This document shows, in pieces, positions 51,801 to 64,000 of a stretch of 64,000 nt of DNA (position 1 is its first letter; each line of letters starts with the position of its first letter). The DNA comes from Massalongia carnosa (taxonomy: Eukaryota): positions 1,550,001 to 1,614,000 of the forward strand of contig OZ287073.1 of NCBI GenBank assembly GCA_965645245.1, in the 5' to 3' direction. Position numbers and translations under genes: made by a program. The notes below the pieces were generated by a model. That model did not search any database, was not told the origin of the DNA, and saw only the letters and a list, made by a program, of their open reading frames with translations.

Positions 51801-51894
51801 GTGTATCTCAGTACAAGTTGCTAACACAGTACAGGGAAGATAAGATCACAAACGTTTTGACAGAGACCCTTGGCTTGGCTCTTCGTTTAGGCAT
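48807..51894 (-). pseudogene. Decayed multi-exon ParB-like / DUF3723-like gene
   Basis: Fragments in order: YLGTVLIDVRFLDPVW...NRP, NRMCV, LEVGHHR, WECKIYN, IRAN, SDRDIW. In-frame TAGs and frameshifts interrupt them. Family assignment is from recalled motif order only. Confidence 0.5.
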
Positions 51895-53588
51895 GACACG
51901 ATGGGTGAGGAGTGATGTATTGGACAAGATGAGCAAAGAATAAAAATGGAGGCAAGGCGAATGAAAGATAGTAGATTGTTCAAGAAAGAAGGAAGGAGTA
52001 AGATAAAAACAACAGTGAGGTGAATTATTTATGAGGAAGAAATCAGTGTTGTCCTAAACGCATCAAACTCATCAATTGTTGAATTAAAATTTCACAAGTC
52101 ATCACTATTTTTTGTTTTTTGTCATCTCCATCACTTGTAGACGAGGTGGTAGATGGAGTCTCAACGGGCATGTTAGTCATATTTCGGAGTAGATAAATCA
52201 AGCCGAATTAAAGAATGATTTCTCAGCGTTTGACAACCACTTTGCAAATCAGACTCTAATAACTAGCTCCGAGCACCCGAATCTCGAAACCCTTGTTGAA
52301 CCTTGTGTTTTAGCATTTAAACCCAAGACCCCCCCTATTCGTTACCTTGACAACTATATTTATATTAGATATTACATCTTCCGTAGGAACGGCTGACGCG
52401 AACATGACTGCTATGGCAATGCACAGTGGTTTAATGAAACCTTTATGAGGCGACAAATCCTGCCATACTTTGTTCCGGCATTCAGTTGAAGATAATTCGA
52501 GAGTAAATCGACGGGATTCGAGGACTGTTTGATCAGTGAGTATAAAGCCTGCGGTTGCTTTATATGGTTGTCCTTGTTGATAAGAATTATTGATGCAGGT
52601 ATGATATGTGTCTGAACGGTTGAACTGTCATAAGGGAAGAGCTATGATTTGAGTCGTTTTGATCTATGAATCTTGTGTTCAACGAGGGCCGGAGGGAACT
52701 GTGTCTGTATTCCCTCCGAGTCGGATTCATTCGGTAGACCAACGTCAAGTTCAAATGTATTTCTACTTTCATTTTTGACCGCTTTCGTGTCAGAGGGCAT
52801 GCATGCAGCATTCTTGCAAATTATGGGGTCAGAGGTCATGCCGTGATCAAAAGGGTTGGTGGAGTTCGCCTCTCATCAGAATCCGACATCGAGCCTGTAG
52901 CCGCCTAGCTAGCATCTCATGTAGATACATGGAATACTCAAGAAACAGCGGGGGGATTAAAGTTGCGAAGAAATCACCACAAGATAAAGGCTTGAGATTC
53001 ATGCGATCATGAATAAAAGCTGATGAGAAAGAAAGAATACGAGCAAGAGATTGCTAAGACAGGTACTTAGATATTGTGAATAACACTATACAAGAGAGAT
53101 AGATACATAGACGGGTAAAAGTACCAATTTGCTGCAAGAGTCAGTTTTACACAAGGCAAAAAGACGAAAGACCTTTAATTCTTCTCATTTATTCGCTCAT
53201 TCATAATCTATCTCCTAACCCGCATATCTAAACATAAAGATCGAAAATCCCTCCAAAAACAACATCGAGACTCAAATAAACATCTTTAGCCTAGCAAGAA
53301 CAATGATGATCGAATAATTTCGTCGCTTATGTATCTCTATCCTATCCTAAACATCCAACCCCACCCCCCTTTTACCCCCCCCAAAAACGAAAACCCGTCG
53401 CCTGAGCACTTATGTGACGGATTCATATATAATCAACGTAATCAATCCAACTCGACCCGATACTATCCAACCTAACCCAAGCTTATCCAACTCAGAACCC
53501 CTGGCTCCCCATTCCAAAGGTCTTCAAGGGACGAAGTCCACCTCCACCTCCACCTCCACCCCAACCTCTTCGTCAAGGCTCCCTCCGG

Positions 53589-56500
53589 CTAAGACGCATC
53601 GTTGACGATATCCCTCAAGACCGGTCGCCGCTCGATCAACCCCCGGGCGTCGAGGCGTCCTTGCTTGGCCGGGGTTTTCATTTTCGCATGCGTGGCGTTT
53701 TCCTTGCCTGTTGTATAACTCGAAACGGCGCCCCTAGGCTTGCCCCTATCCGCCACCAAACCGTCCTCAGCGTCCCTCATCGCCGTACCAACTCTACCAA
53801 GCTGCACTGGCTGCGTACAGCTCATTTCAGCCTCCCACAAATGCCCCTCTGTCGCCAGCTTAGGTAAATTATAAATCCAACCCCTCCCCTCCATCAGCGC
53901 TACGAATCTTGCTAGTAGCTCGTTCCGCCTCATCGTCCCCTTGCTTCCCACTACTAAGAGCTTGGTCCTTGCGCGTGTAAACGCTACGTTCACCCGTCGC
54001 CAATCCTTTAGCAAATCACCTACATTCCCGGCCTCATTGCTGCGCACCAAGCTTAGCACCACCACCTCCTTGTCTCGGCCCTGAAACCGGTCTGCGGTGT
54101 GCATTTCGACCGCAGAGCTATGGCGATGGTAGCGCGGCAACTCCTGTTTTAGGAGCGCTAGCTGCGAGCGGTAGAGCGTGATGACGCCGATGTCGCCCGG
54201 AGGGATGCCTGCGGTGATAAGGAAGGCGACTAGCTGTGCGGTGAGGGTCGCTTCGCACGGGTTGATGATGCGGGATCCGCTTTCGGATTCGCGGGAGGCG
54301 GGTAACATGATGTCGGTGTTGACGAAGCAGGCTTTCACGACCGGGTCGAGGAGGTCGCGGAGCCAGCAGGAGCCGCGGGTTGGGTTTAGGCAGACGTGTT
54401 TGGGGGCAGCGGAGGACAAGAAGGTAGAGGGGTTGTGGTGGTGGTGCTTTAAAGCGTTGAGGTGCGGGATTATTAAGGTGCGATTAGCTACGGCAGGAGT
54501 ACCACATTTGAGACGTCCGTCATAGATCAGGGTATTACTTAGGGTCATAATGTCTTCGCACATTCGATATTGGTGCTCGAGGTTGACAACGGAGGCGGGG
54601 TGCGTGTCAGAAAGCATTTTGAAAAGACTTATGTCTAGGCCGCCTTCCAGAGCCTCCTTGTTCTGCACCAGAGGAGGGAGCTGGTAGTGATCCCCGACGA
54701 GGATGAATTTTCTAGCCATACGAATGGGTCCCAAGCAGACTGGCAAGGTGATTTGCGATGCTTCGTCCACGATGCAGTAGTCAAACACACGTTGGTTGAA
54801 AATGGGATGATTTATCCCTAAACAGGTCGTTGCTACAACTTGACGGCCATATGCGCTTTTGATTTCTTCCACCGTCTTCATTGGAACTCCAGCGAGATCT
54901 GCAAAATCCTGTACGTTCGGATGAACCTTTGCCACGTTGCCGATGCGGAAAACGCCAACGCCAGTGTTACGTAACTTGAGTAGGATATTATCTACGGCGG
55001 TATGCGTGTACGAAGTGAGCAAAATACTCTTTCCTTGGGCTGCTAATGCACGAATAATATGCGCAATTGTAGTGGTCTTCCCGGTACCGGGCATTCCTAA
55101 GACAAGTGCATAATCTTTCGCGCTCATAACCTTTTCGATCGCTAGCTTCTGGTCCACGTTGAGGTCAGCTTGACTGGCAGAATTGGCTAGAACCTGAGGC
55201 GTAGAGGCAGCATTGAAGGTTGGTGCGACACCATCAACGATTAATCTTCGAAGTGCTTGGGCACCAAAGGCGTTTTTCTCCATAAGGTGGATCAAGTTAT
55301 TGCGGACTGTTGCCATACCGTTGCTGAACTCGTCTTTATCTATACGATATAGCACCTCCTCTTCAGGTTCTGCGGGGAGTCGGGTTGACTCGCCCACGCC
55401 ATCTTCGACAATCTCCATGATTCCGGTAAAGACCTGATTCCGCTGCGAATCAAAGTCATTCTTCCTAATTCGAGCATTGTGCAGCCGCCGGTCGACAGCT
55501 ACATGGATTCTTTGCGTTTGCACTTGAGTGACATAGCCGTTGGCAAGAGCAAAATGGCCCTTTTCGTCCGAGATCACGATGGGCTCGCCAGTGGTGATTT
55601 GGGATTCCATAAACGAAAAGCCTGCATTTAAGCCCTGCTTCTTGAACGCATAGATGAACCGATTTATCTTGGGGCCAACCTGCCCTTCGTAAACGAGATC
55701 TTGATCCAGGATAACACCGCCAAAGCATCTGCCAACCTTCTCTCGCTCTGCACTTTGCATTGTCCACAGTTCCCTCCGAAATTTCAATACAACTTTTTCT
55801 TCTTTCGTGATCAGGTCGTCCCATTTCCGGAAGAACTGTTGATGTGTAGCCTGTAAATGCTTTGCGACTTCATCGAATCTATCTCCCATACCACTCGTCT
55901 CCCCATCTCCGTTTTCTACGAGTTTGTGATAGAGAAAACATGACGTTTGAGCGTAACACTTTCCACAAAGGTGAGCGCACTTCAGCATTGGTGGGAGCTC
56001 GAGACGGTGCCGAACATAGCATGCTAGCTCGTTGCGCTGCATAATCATATGTATCAACTCGTGGCGGACTGCAGGTATGCGAGATATTTCAGAAGTTTCT
56101 GTATAATACAAAATGCCATACATCACTTCTACATCTAAAGATTATACCGTCAGCAATGGTGAAATCACTATCTTCAGAGGAATACATACCATATCGATCA
56201 GAAAGTAAAAGCGTATAGAGTGCAGTCTGCGCTTTGTGTGCTGCGTTTGGGAATTTACCGGTTTTTACCTCCAACGGAACGGTCAAGGTTCGTTCTTCCT
56301 CTCCATCCTGCATTACTACTTGAATCGTAGCATCGACCATGCCTTTAAGCCCATAAACGGGCGACCACATCTTTTCTTCAACGTCTAGCAGCTTATTGAC
56401 GCTCATGAGCGCTTCGATTCCGTTGCGGTCTTTGACTGTGCCATGCGGCTGGCCGCTGTTAGTTACTTAACGTAAACTTGGTACCAACAGCTAACCTTGG

Positions 56501-59118
56501 GTTTGGCAGCCACAAATACTTCAGCCCATGCCTGTAGCTCTACAACTTTGCTCTTGAGATGATTAATTGCCCTGCCTAATTCAACGTTCATCTCAAATAG
56601 AGATTCAAGATATCGAGTAGCAACTCCATCAATCGTGACGCTCAGCCATTCGGTATCCCACCTATTCGCCCTCATCGCCTCCTGAAAGATCTCATGTAGC
56701 ATAGAGCCATATACCGTGGGCTCAGTGGTTTGACTTGTAGCCTTCACGCGATCTTGTAGGACAGCCCGTCGAGTGCATGAAAATGAATCTGCTACAACGG
56801 TAGCAGATATAAGATGATCGGGATGAATGATAAGCAGATTATGGTTCTCATCGACAACGCACTGGCCATACTGATCGAAATCGCCTATCAAATGGACGTA
56901 GGAACCAGGTATACATGGACTATCAAACCAAAACCCTCTGAGGATGATGGCTTTGTTGAGCTTAGTCTTCTCGGTCTGGATCAGTAGAACCTGGAAAGAG
57001 TCAGTCATGAAGGGTTCGAGGGAGGTTCTGGGCAAACTACCTTTTCAGAGCGCTTCACTCCGTTTTCATTACTATAAGTTCCTTCGGCAACAGTCATGAT
57101 CAAATAGCGCTGGATGGTTGCAGCTTTTAAGCGATTCTTCCAATACTTAGCAATCTATAGTCGTGGACCGAATACCATTGTACGTACAGAAGACAGGGGC
57201 TGCGATGCTAACAGGGGCTTTTGACTCGCTTCCTCACATTCGGCTACAATGTCATCAAAATCAAGGTCGCCGCCAAACTCATCCTCAGATACTGCTTCCC
57301 CTTCAACAATGTCTGGTAAGTCTTGCGCACTTTGCCCGTAGGGCAGGATAATACTTTTCTCAGAAAATCGATCCCCTGGCTCGTACTGATTCTGGGTATT
57401 GACAGAAGGCTGGCTAGCTTGATGCAAATGCTGGAGCGGTTTAGCGTCATACAAAGCAACGACATCCTCTAAATCAGCCGCCGAAACGCCGTTATTATCT
57501 TCATCAAATTCATCGTCATCTGACTCAATAAGGGCTCCGAATGACCGAGTGTCACCCAAATCGAGATAATCGGAAATAGGGAAAGAGAGGGATTCCTTTG
57601 TTGGTTTTGAATCTATGATGTGGAGACCTGAGTTTTCTTCCTTTTTATAGTTCCTTGGAGATTCAACCGTACCAGTACTGAAAACTAACTTTGTAGGTGT
57701 TAGGCTGTGATATTTTGGACCCTTGGATTCCAGGATTGGATCAGCATGTAAGTTTTCCGCTGGCAAACTTGCGTCTGCCTGAACATCAATTGATTCCAGC
57801 ACCTCAAAATTGAGGTCATCATCCCCAAACTCAGAAGAGTTCACATCTTGGAAATCAGGCTGCTCCGCACCCAGCTTTTCTAAATTGAGGGCGGTTCGAT
57901 CCCGTAGCCGGTTTAGACAATCTACCGGCACAGCATCCGGCTTGAGAGCTACTGAATGTTTTTCGGTCCCCAATGGTTGTATTTGCAGATTAGTGGAACA
58001 TGTGGATGCATCACTTTTATCGGGCAAGGGTGCCGAACTTGATGGACCAGTGGTTTCCTCATCCTCGCTCTCATACGGCCTGGCAAGCCGACTCTGGATC
58101 TCTTCAACAAGTAGGCTTACCCTCGCTAGCTTGGAATTTCCATTCTCATCTCGTCCAGTGTCGGGAATAACAAAGCCAACTTCCGCCTCTGGATTACTGC
58201 TTCTAAATTGTATTTTTCGCCGCTTTGCGGCCGACACTGGCCACTCGATGCCACAACTGATAGATCTGCGAAGCCCCCCTGAGTCTCTCACCTGCAAGTG
58301 CTTTGCGGGCGTTTGAGGGGAAGATGAGTTTATAGTAAAGTTGGCTCCAGCTAGCCCTCCTGGGGATGTTCTATTAGTGTTGGGATTTGTGTTCAACGAG
58401 TAACGACTCCAGAGATCACTCGCAGGGTCTGCTTGAGGCGTTTTAAGGGATTTTTGCAGCACTTGCAAATCAAAAGATGGCTTTTCCGAAACAAAATGGT
58501 TCGAAGCCTCATTCTGGGACGATGAGACTGGAGAGGAGCTATATTGCCTTTTTCTGTTCATCCTTACGGCTTGGGGAGTCATACGGTTTTCATCTTGTTG
58601 GGAGTGGTTCCAAAGTACTCGCTCGATAGGCGTTAAATTTTGGCCCTGATGGTTGACATCTTCGCCACTGGCGATGAGTTCTGAGAGAGGGAGCCTCCCC
58701 ACTGGCGTCTGTGGACATTCTCGAATTTCTTTACTCGTGGATTTCTGTGAGAGACTTTGCGAGTGCGCAAGTATCTGGGAAAGTTGTGGCTTGTCTTGGT
58801 CATCAAATATTTGGATGTTCCCTTCCTCGGGCCCCATCATTCCGGAACCCTTGTCGTCAACGAGAGGCGAGATTACACGCTGTTCGAACCTGAATGCCTC
58901 AAGTTTGGACTTTGACTCGAAAGTTACGGCGATTGGGGCTAGATTTGGCACAGGTTTGATAGAATAATCGGGTTGAGCAGGGGGTTTACTGTTCCTAATC
59001 CATGGTCGACAGACCTGAATGTTCAGCACGAGGAAGTAGATACACAGACCAAGAATCAAACCTTCGTATCTTGGTCGAAGAACGACCTCTGGCGGGACGC
59101 CTTACTATTGGTAGGCAT
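53589..59118 (-). CDS. DNA2: DNA replication helicase/nuclease Dna2 (multi-exon)
   Basis: HPDHLISAT, WSPVYGLKGMVDAT, LEVKTG, GMPGTGKTT, IVDEASQ, VGDHYQLPP, DRFQG, RRVNVAFTRA. Confidence 0.96.
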
Positions 59119-59161
59119 TGTCCTCTGGGCATTGTGCCACACCGTGAAACGTGTTTGTTGA

Positions 59162-59184
59162 ATTCGCGTCTCCAAGTCGCGTTG
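59162..59184 (-). promoter_or_regulatory. Two MCB/SCB-like ACGCGA sites upstream of DNA2
   Basis: Reverse strand CAACGCGACTTGGAGACGCGAAT, ~45-65 bp upstream of the predicted ATG of a replication gene. Confidence 0.35.
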
Positions 59185-59430
59185 CAAGAGGCTAAGCTAA
59201 ATTATAACTACCTAATCGGTCTTAGCGACCTTAAGTCTTGTAGATCATGATAAAGTTACCACAAATGGCTAAGTACCACGTGATCTTCAATTTCTAGCTG
59301 CCTGCTCCAAAGCAGTACACCTTGAAGGCTCTATTTTCAAATATATTCCTAGTCTCTTATTTGCAGCAGTTGATCCTCAAAGCTCAGTGGGTCGTTCAAT
59401 CATTTTGCTCCTCAGTTTAATACTTTTACC

Positions 59431-60552
59431 ATGCCTCAAGATGATCGACCACTACCATTTGCCTATCAGTTCTTGGCCGGTGCTGTGGCTGGCGTGTCTG
59501 AAGTGAGTTGTCTCTTCTCTGTATGGGCATCGAAACGCTAACTCTCTCCAAGATTCTAGTGATGTATTATATCGCTCTTTAAGTGAAAAAATCGCGTGCG
59601 ACTGGCTAAACATAGCGTTAGGTACCCTTTAGATGTCGTCAAGACCCGAGTGTTAGTCCGAGATCAGTCCGTCCTAAGTCATACGTCCCTATTGATGGCT
59701 TGAGTTAGTCAATTACAGAAAGGAAAAGGCGTAGGTGAGGAGGGCTATAATGGAATGGTGGATTGCTTTCGAAAAATAATAAAGAATGAGGGCTTTTCTC
59801 GCCTGTACCGAGGAATTAGTGCGCCGATTCTGATGGAAGCTCCAAAACGGTGCGCCAACTTAAGACCTTATACGATTTGGTGAATTGCTGAAGTTTTAAG
59901 TGCCACCAAGTTTGCGGCGAACGATGCGTGGGGAAAATATTATCGCAATCTCTTCGGAGTCGCCAAAATGAACCAAGAACTCTCCGTCCTCACCGGAGCA
60001 TCGGCCGGGGCTAGCGAAGCGTTCGTTGTGGTACCCTTCGAGCTTATCAAGATCAGGCTTCAGGATCGTGCATCTGCAGGAAAATACAACGGGATGATTG
60101 ACTGTGTTGTGAAGACTGTGAAAGCCGAAGGGCCCCTGGCATTATATAACGGCTTGGAGAGTACATTGTGGCGACACATATTATGGAATGCAGGATATTT
60201 CGGGTGCATTTTTCAGGTCAAAGAGCTGCTCCCTAAATCGAAGGACAAGGGCCAACAAATGCGTAATGATTTGATTGCAGGCGCCACTGGCGGAACTGTT
60301 GGGACAATTCTGAACACCCCAATGGATGTTGTCAAGTCGAGAATACAGAACTCGCCAAAGATCGCAGGCTCAATAACAAAGTACAACTGGGCTTGGCCTG
60401 CAGTGGGGACGGTCATGAAAGAGGAAGGATTTGGGGCCCTGTACAAAGGATTTCTGCCCAAAGTCTTAAGGTTGGGTCCAGGAGGTGGTATATTGCTTGT
60501 GGTATTCACCGCCGTCACGGATTTTTTTAAAACTATGAGAAGCGACGTATAA
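59431..60552 (+). CDS. ODC1: Mitochondrial 2-oxodicarboxylate carrier (multi-exon)
   Basis: PLPFAYQFLAGAVAGVSE, YPLDVVKTR, ILMEAPKR, RHILWNAGYFG, PKVLRLGPGG. Confidence 0.9.
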
Positions 60553-60717
60553 TTCTGGGCGGTCTACTAGGATACATATAGATAAGCGCGGTGTCAGTAA
60601 ACAAAGGGTGAATATCTTTCATCATAAATACTTATCGATGCAGCTAAAATCGCAACCTCGACAGAAAACTAATGCTGAAGCGAGTCTCCTTGCATCCGGT
60701 TCGTTGCTTCTTTAACA

Positions 60718-61407
60718 TCACCCAACGCGACGCCTTACATCTCTTGTATTCCTTTCGGCAGCTGTGCCCCGAACTGCATCCGTGATCAGCTCTCGTAGTT
60801 GCCGCTGCCCGTTCTCTTCTTGAAAGTCATCCCTCGCCGCTAGCTCTTCGATCCGTTGCTTGAACCCCGGATCAACCTCTGTATCCTCGACTGAACTTTG
60901 TTCGCTCATCATGCCCATGTTCATAGTTATGTTTGGCGGAAGCGGTGGGGGCGGTAGATCATTGTTGAGAAGACCTTCAGATGGCTCATCAGCATTGACG
61001 CTATTGTTTCGAACCTCTGAGGAGCTATTCCGCAGCCGAATTTCCCGCAAATAAGCAGCAATAATTGGATAGTCTCCATCAGCACGTATCTTCTCCTCCG
61101 CCGTCATGCCTTCATCGTTCTTAACCGTCGGATCCGCACCTAGCTCCTCAATGAGGGTCTGCGCAATTTCAACTGTCTCAACCACGAAGAGGGCAGTTTC
61201 ACCATCTTCATCCTTCATGTTCACATCTGCATGGAATTCGTGGATTACTGCGCGTAGAAGATCGTAATGGTTATAGGATGCCGCGGCGTGGACGATTGAA
61301 TAACCATGCTCATCTTGAGCCGACGCGAGAGAAGGGTTTGAACTTAGAAGAGGTAAAAGCTTGGGACTGTTTTCAGCGGCGAGAAGGAACTGATTCTCGT
61401 TTGCCAT
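60718..61407 (-). CDS. Ankyrin-repeat protein (YCR051W-like)
   Basis: DEHGYSIVHAAASY, DVNMKDEDGETALFVVE; single 229-aa ORF. Confidence 0.85.
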   Translation of the reverse strand: MANENQFLLAAENSPKLLPLLSSNPSLASAQDEHGYSIVHAAASYNHYDLLRAVIHEFHADVNMKDEDGETALFVVETVEIAQTLIEELGADPTVKNDEGMTAEEKIRADGDYPIIAAYLREIRLRNSSSEVRNNSVNADEPSEGLLNNDLPPPPLPPNITMNMGMMSEQSSVEDTEVDPGFKQRIEELAARDDFQEENGQRQLRELITDAVRGTAAERNTRDVRRRVG

Positions 61408-61616
61408 TGTTGATCATAGACGGTATTGTTACTGGATTTGGAATTTTCTAAGTCCGCCTTGTCTGAGGCTTGCGGGCGTTCGGTCCGGAATTCGGAATCA
61501 CCTATCCGTGCCACCCACATCGCTCGGGTCGCCTCGCTTAGTGCTAGCCAGCCATACAACCCAAATCGTCAAATTTCAACCATTCACCTTTCAACAATTT
61601 ATCATCCATCACCACC

Positions 61617-63300
61617 ATGCCTGAATCATATACCGAAATCGAAAGTCGCATTACGAAGGCTATTGACGCCTTAAACACGCGGAATAACGCGAAACTTCGA
61701 GCAATTGCACGAGAATTTGAAGTGCCTAGAGAAAGACTTCGTTCTCGATATCATGGGGCCCCATCTAAATCAGAGATACGAGGACTGCATACTAGACGTC
61801 TGAAACCGGATCAAGAGTCGGCCCTATATGTATATCAAGAAACTGGACTCTTTGAACATACCTGCCCGATTGCACATGGTGGAAATCGCAGCAAATTCTA
61901 TTCTTCGTCAAATAGCTCCTGTTTCGGAACCGCCTCCTTTGATCGGGTCGCATTGGACCAAGAGATGGTTAAATCGTCAGCCCGATTTATTCAAAGTTCG
62001 ACGAAAACCTCTAGCTGTTGAGCGAAAAAATGCGCATGATTTAGAGTTGCTAATGGCTCACTTTATAAAATACAAAGAGGTGATTGATGAGTATGGCATA
62101 GATCCTCAAGATCAGTGGAATTTTGATGAAACCGGGTATCGCATTGGCATGGCACGTAATGATTGGATAGTCAGTGCATCAAAAGACCGAAGGATCTATA
62201 ATAACGATCCATCAAACAGAGAATCACTGACCGGAGTGGAATGTATCAATGGGACTGGATGAGACATTCCCCCTATGCTGATTTTGACTGGTATCAGCAT
62301 TCTCGCTCCCTTTTTCCTCAACGATCTTAGTGATGATGTTCTTATTACTACTGCTGAATCAGGTTATTCAAATGACTGGCTGGCCTTGCAATGGATTAAA
62401 CACTTCGATAAACACTCTCGAAACATTCGAAAGGGGGCATGGAGACTGTTGATTATGGATGGACATGGATCTCATCATACTCGTGAGTTTTTAGAGTATT
62501 GTGAAGTATTGTGACGCTCATAACATCATTCCATTTGGATTACCATCACATACCACTCACTTATTGCACCCGCTTGATGTATGTGTGTTTCAGCCTTTAA
62601 AGCATTGGCATTCCGAGGCTGTCAATGAGGCCATTCAGAACGGTGATGAAACGTTCTCGAAAGTGGAATTTCTAGCTGCGTTCAACACCTTTCGGGCAAA
62701 GGCCTTCAAATCAACAACGATTACATCTGCATGGAGAAAAACCGGCCTAATTCCATATAATCCAGAGGTGGTTCTTCAAAAGGTCAGAGAGAGTTTACCA
62801 CCCCCCGCGAGACTACCCCACCCTCGTCGATTCAATCAATACAAGAGACCCCTAGAACTGTCAGACAATTGAGTACAGTAGCCGCAGACATTATGATGCA
62901 TTCCCGTTGTTCGGATGAACTTACACAAATGATATCAAAATTTGTAAAGGGGGCTGTTTCGGAAGTCCGAAAAGGAGAACTTCTCGAACAATGATGGGAT
63001 CAACAAACAAAGGCCGAAAAAGTTCGAAAAGCACGCAAACGAGAGAGCAATAAGGTACTTCAGATTGGGGGCATACTTATTGCACGAAAAGCTCGATCAA
63101 TGATTCGTGATAGACAGAATCAGGAGGCTCAGAGGGAGAAGGATCGAATGATCGCATGGGAAAAGCGATATTCTTTGGCACTGGGCAAGGTGGCTAGACA
63201 AACCAAAGCTCATCGAAAGTTGAAGATGACCAAAGGTATGAATAGCAAAAGATGGGAGGAAGTACTGAAGGAATTGTTGAAAAAACCCCGATGTATGTAA
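61617..63300 (+). mobile_element. Degenerate pogo/Fot1 transposase (frameshifted)
   Basis: HTH, WNFDETGY, LLIMDGHGSH, LPSHTTHLLHPLDV. TIRs not confidently resolved. Confidence 0.9.
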
Positions 63301-63352
63301 TCGTCGGCTAGTCTCTCGCTTACCTCGTGCCGACTCGAGGCGTTCGCCTCTA

Positions 63353-64000
<648 letters not shown>

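Noticed and set aside
52300..53050. Short minus-strand ORFs at the right side of the accessory island, checked as a possible Starship captain
   Set aside because: No tyrosine recombinase motifs and no element termini found.

Overview
Intron-containing fungal (Pezizomycotina-type) genomic DNA. Conserved genes: first exon of SAH1 at the left edge, a UPF0643-like gene, a putative WRKY/FAR1-like zinc finger-glutathione transferase locus, TRM11, eIF3h, a Zn2Cys6 transcription factor, mitochondrial uL2, B-type cyclin, THOC3/TEX1, RPP40, DNA2, an ODC carrier and an ankyrin protein. These are interspersed with decayed mobile DNA: four pogo/Fot1 elements, two Tc1-like remnants, two solo LTRs, a Ty3/gypsy element that itself contains a pogo and a 5'-truncated LINE, two MITE-like elements and a foldback palindrome. 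The most interesting observations are (i) a decayed ParB/DUF3723-like gene next to an orphan Pro/Ala-rich ORF in a ~7 kb accessory island, (ii) the zinc finger-GST locus, which could give three products, (iii) a CC>TC (GG>GA) mutation signature in some transposons next to classical RIP-type CpA changes in others, and (iv) CAC...GTG MITEs with 5-bp target duplications (Transib-like ends). All family calls rest on motifs recognised by eye. No searches were run, and exon boundaries are manual estimates.
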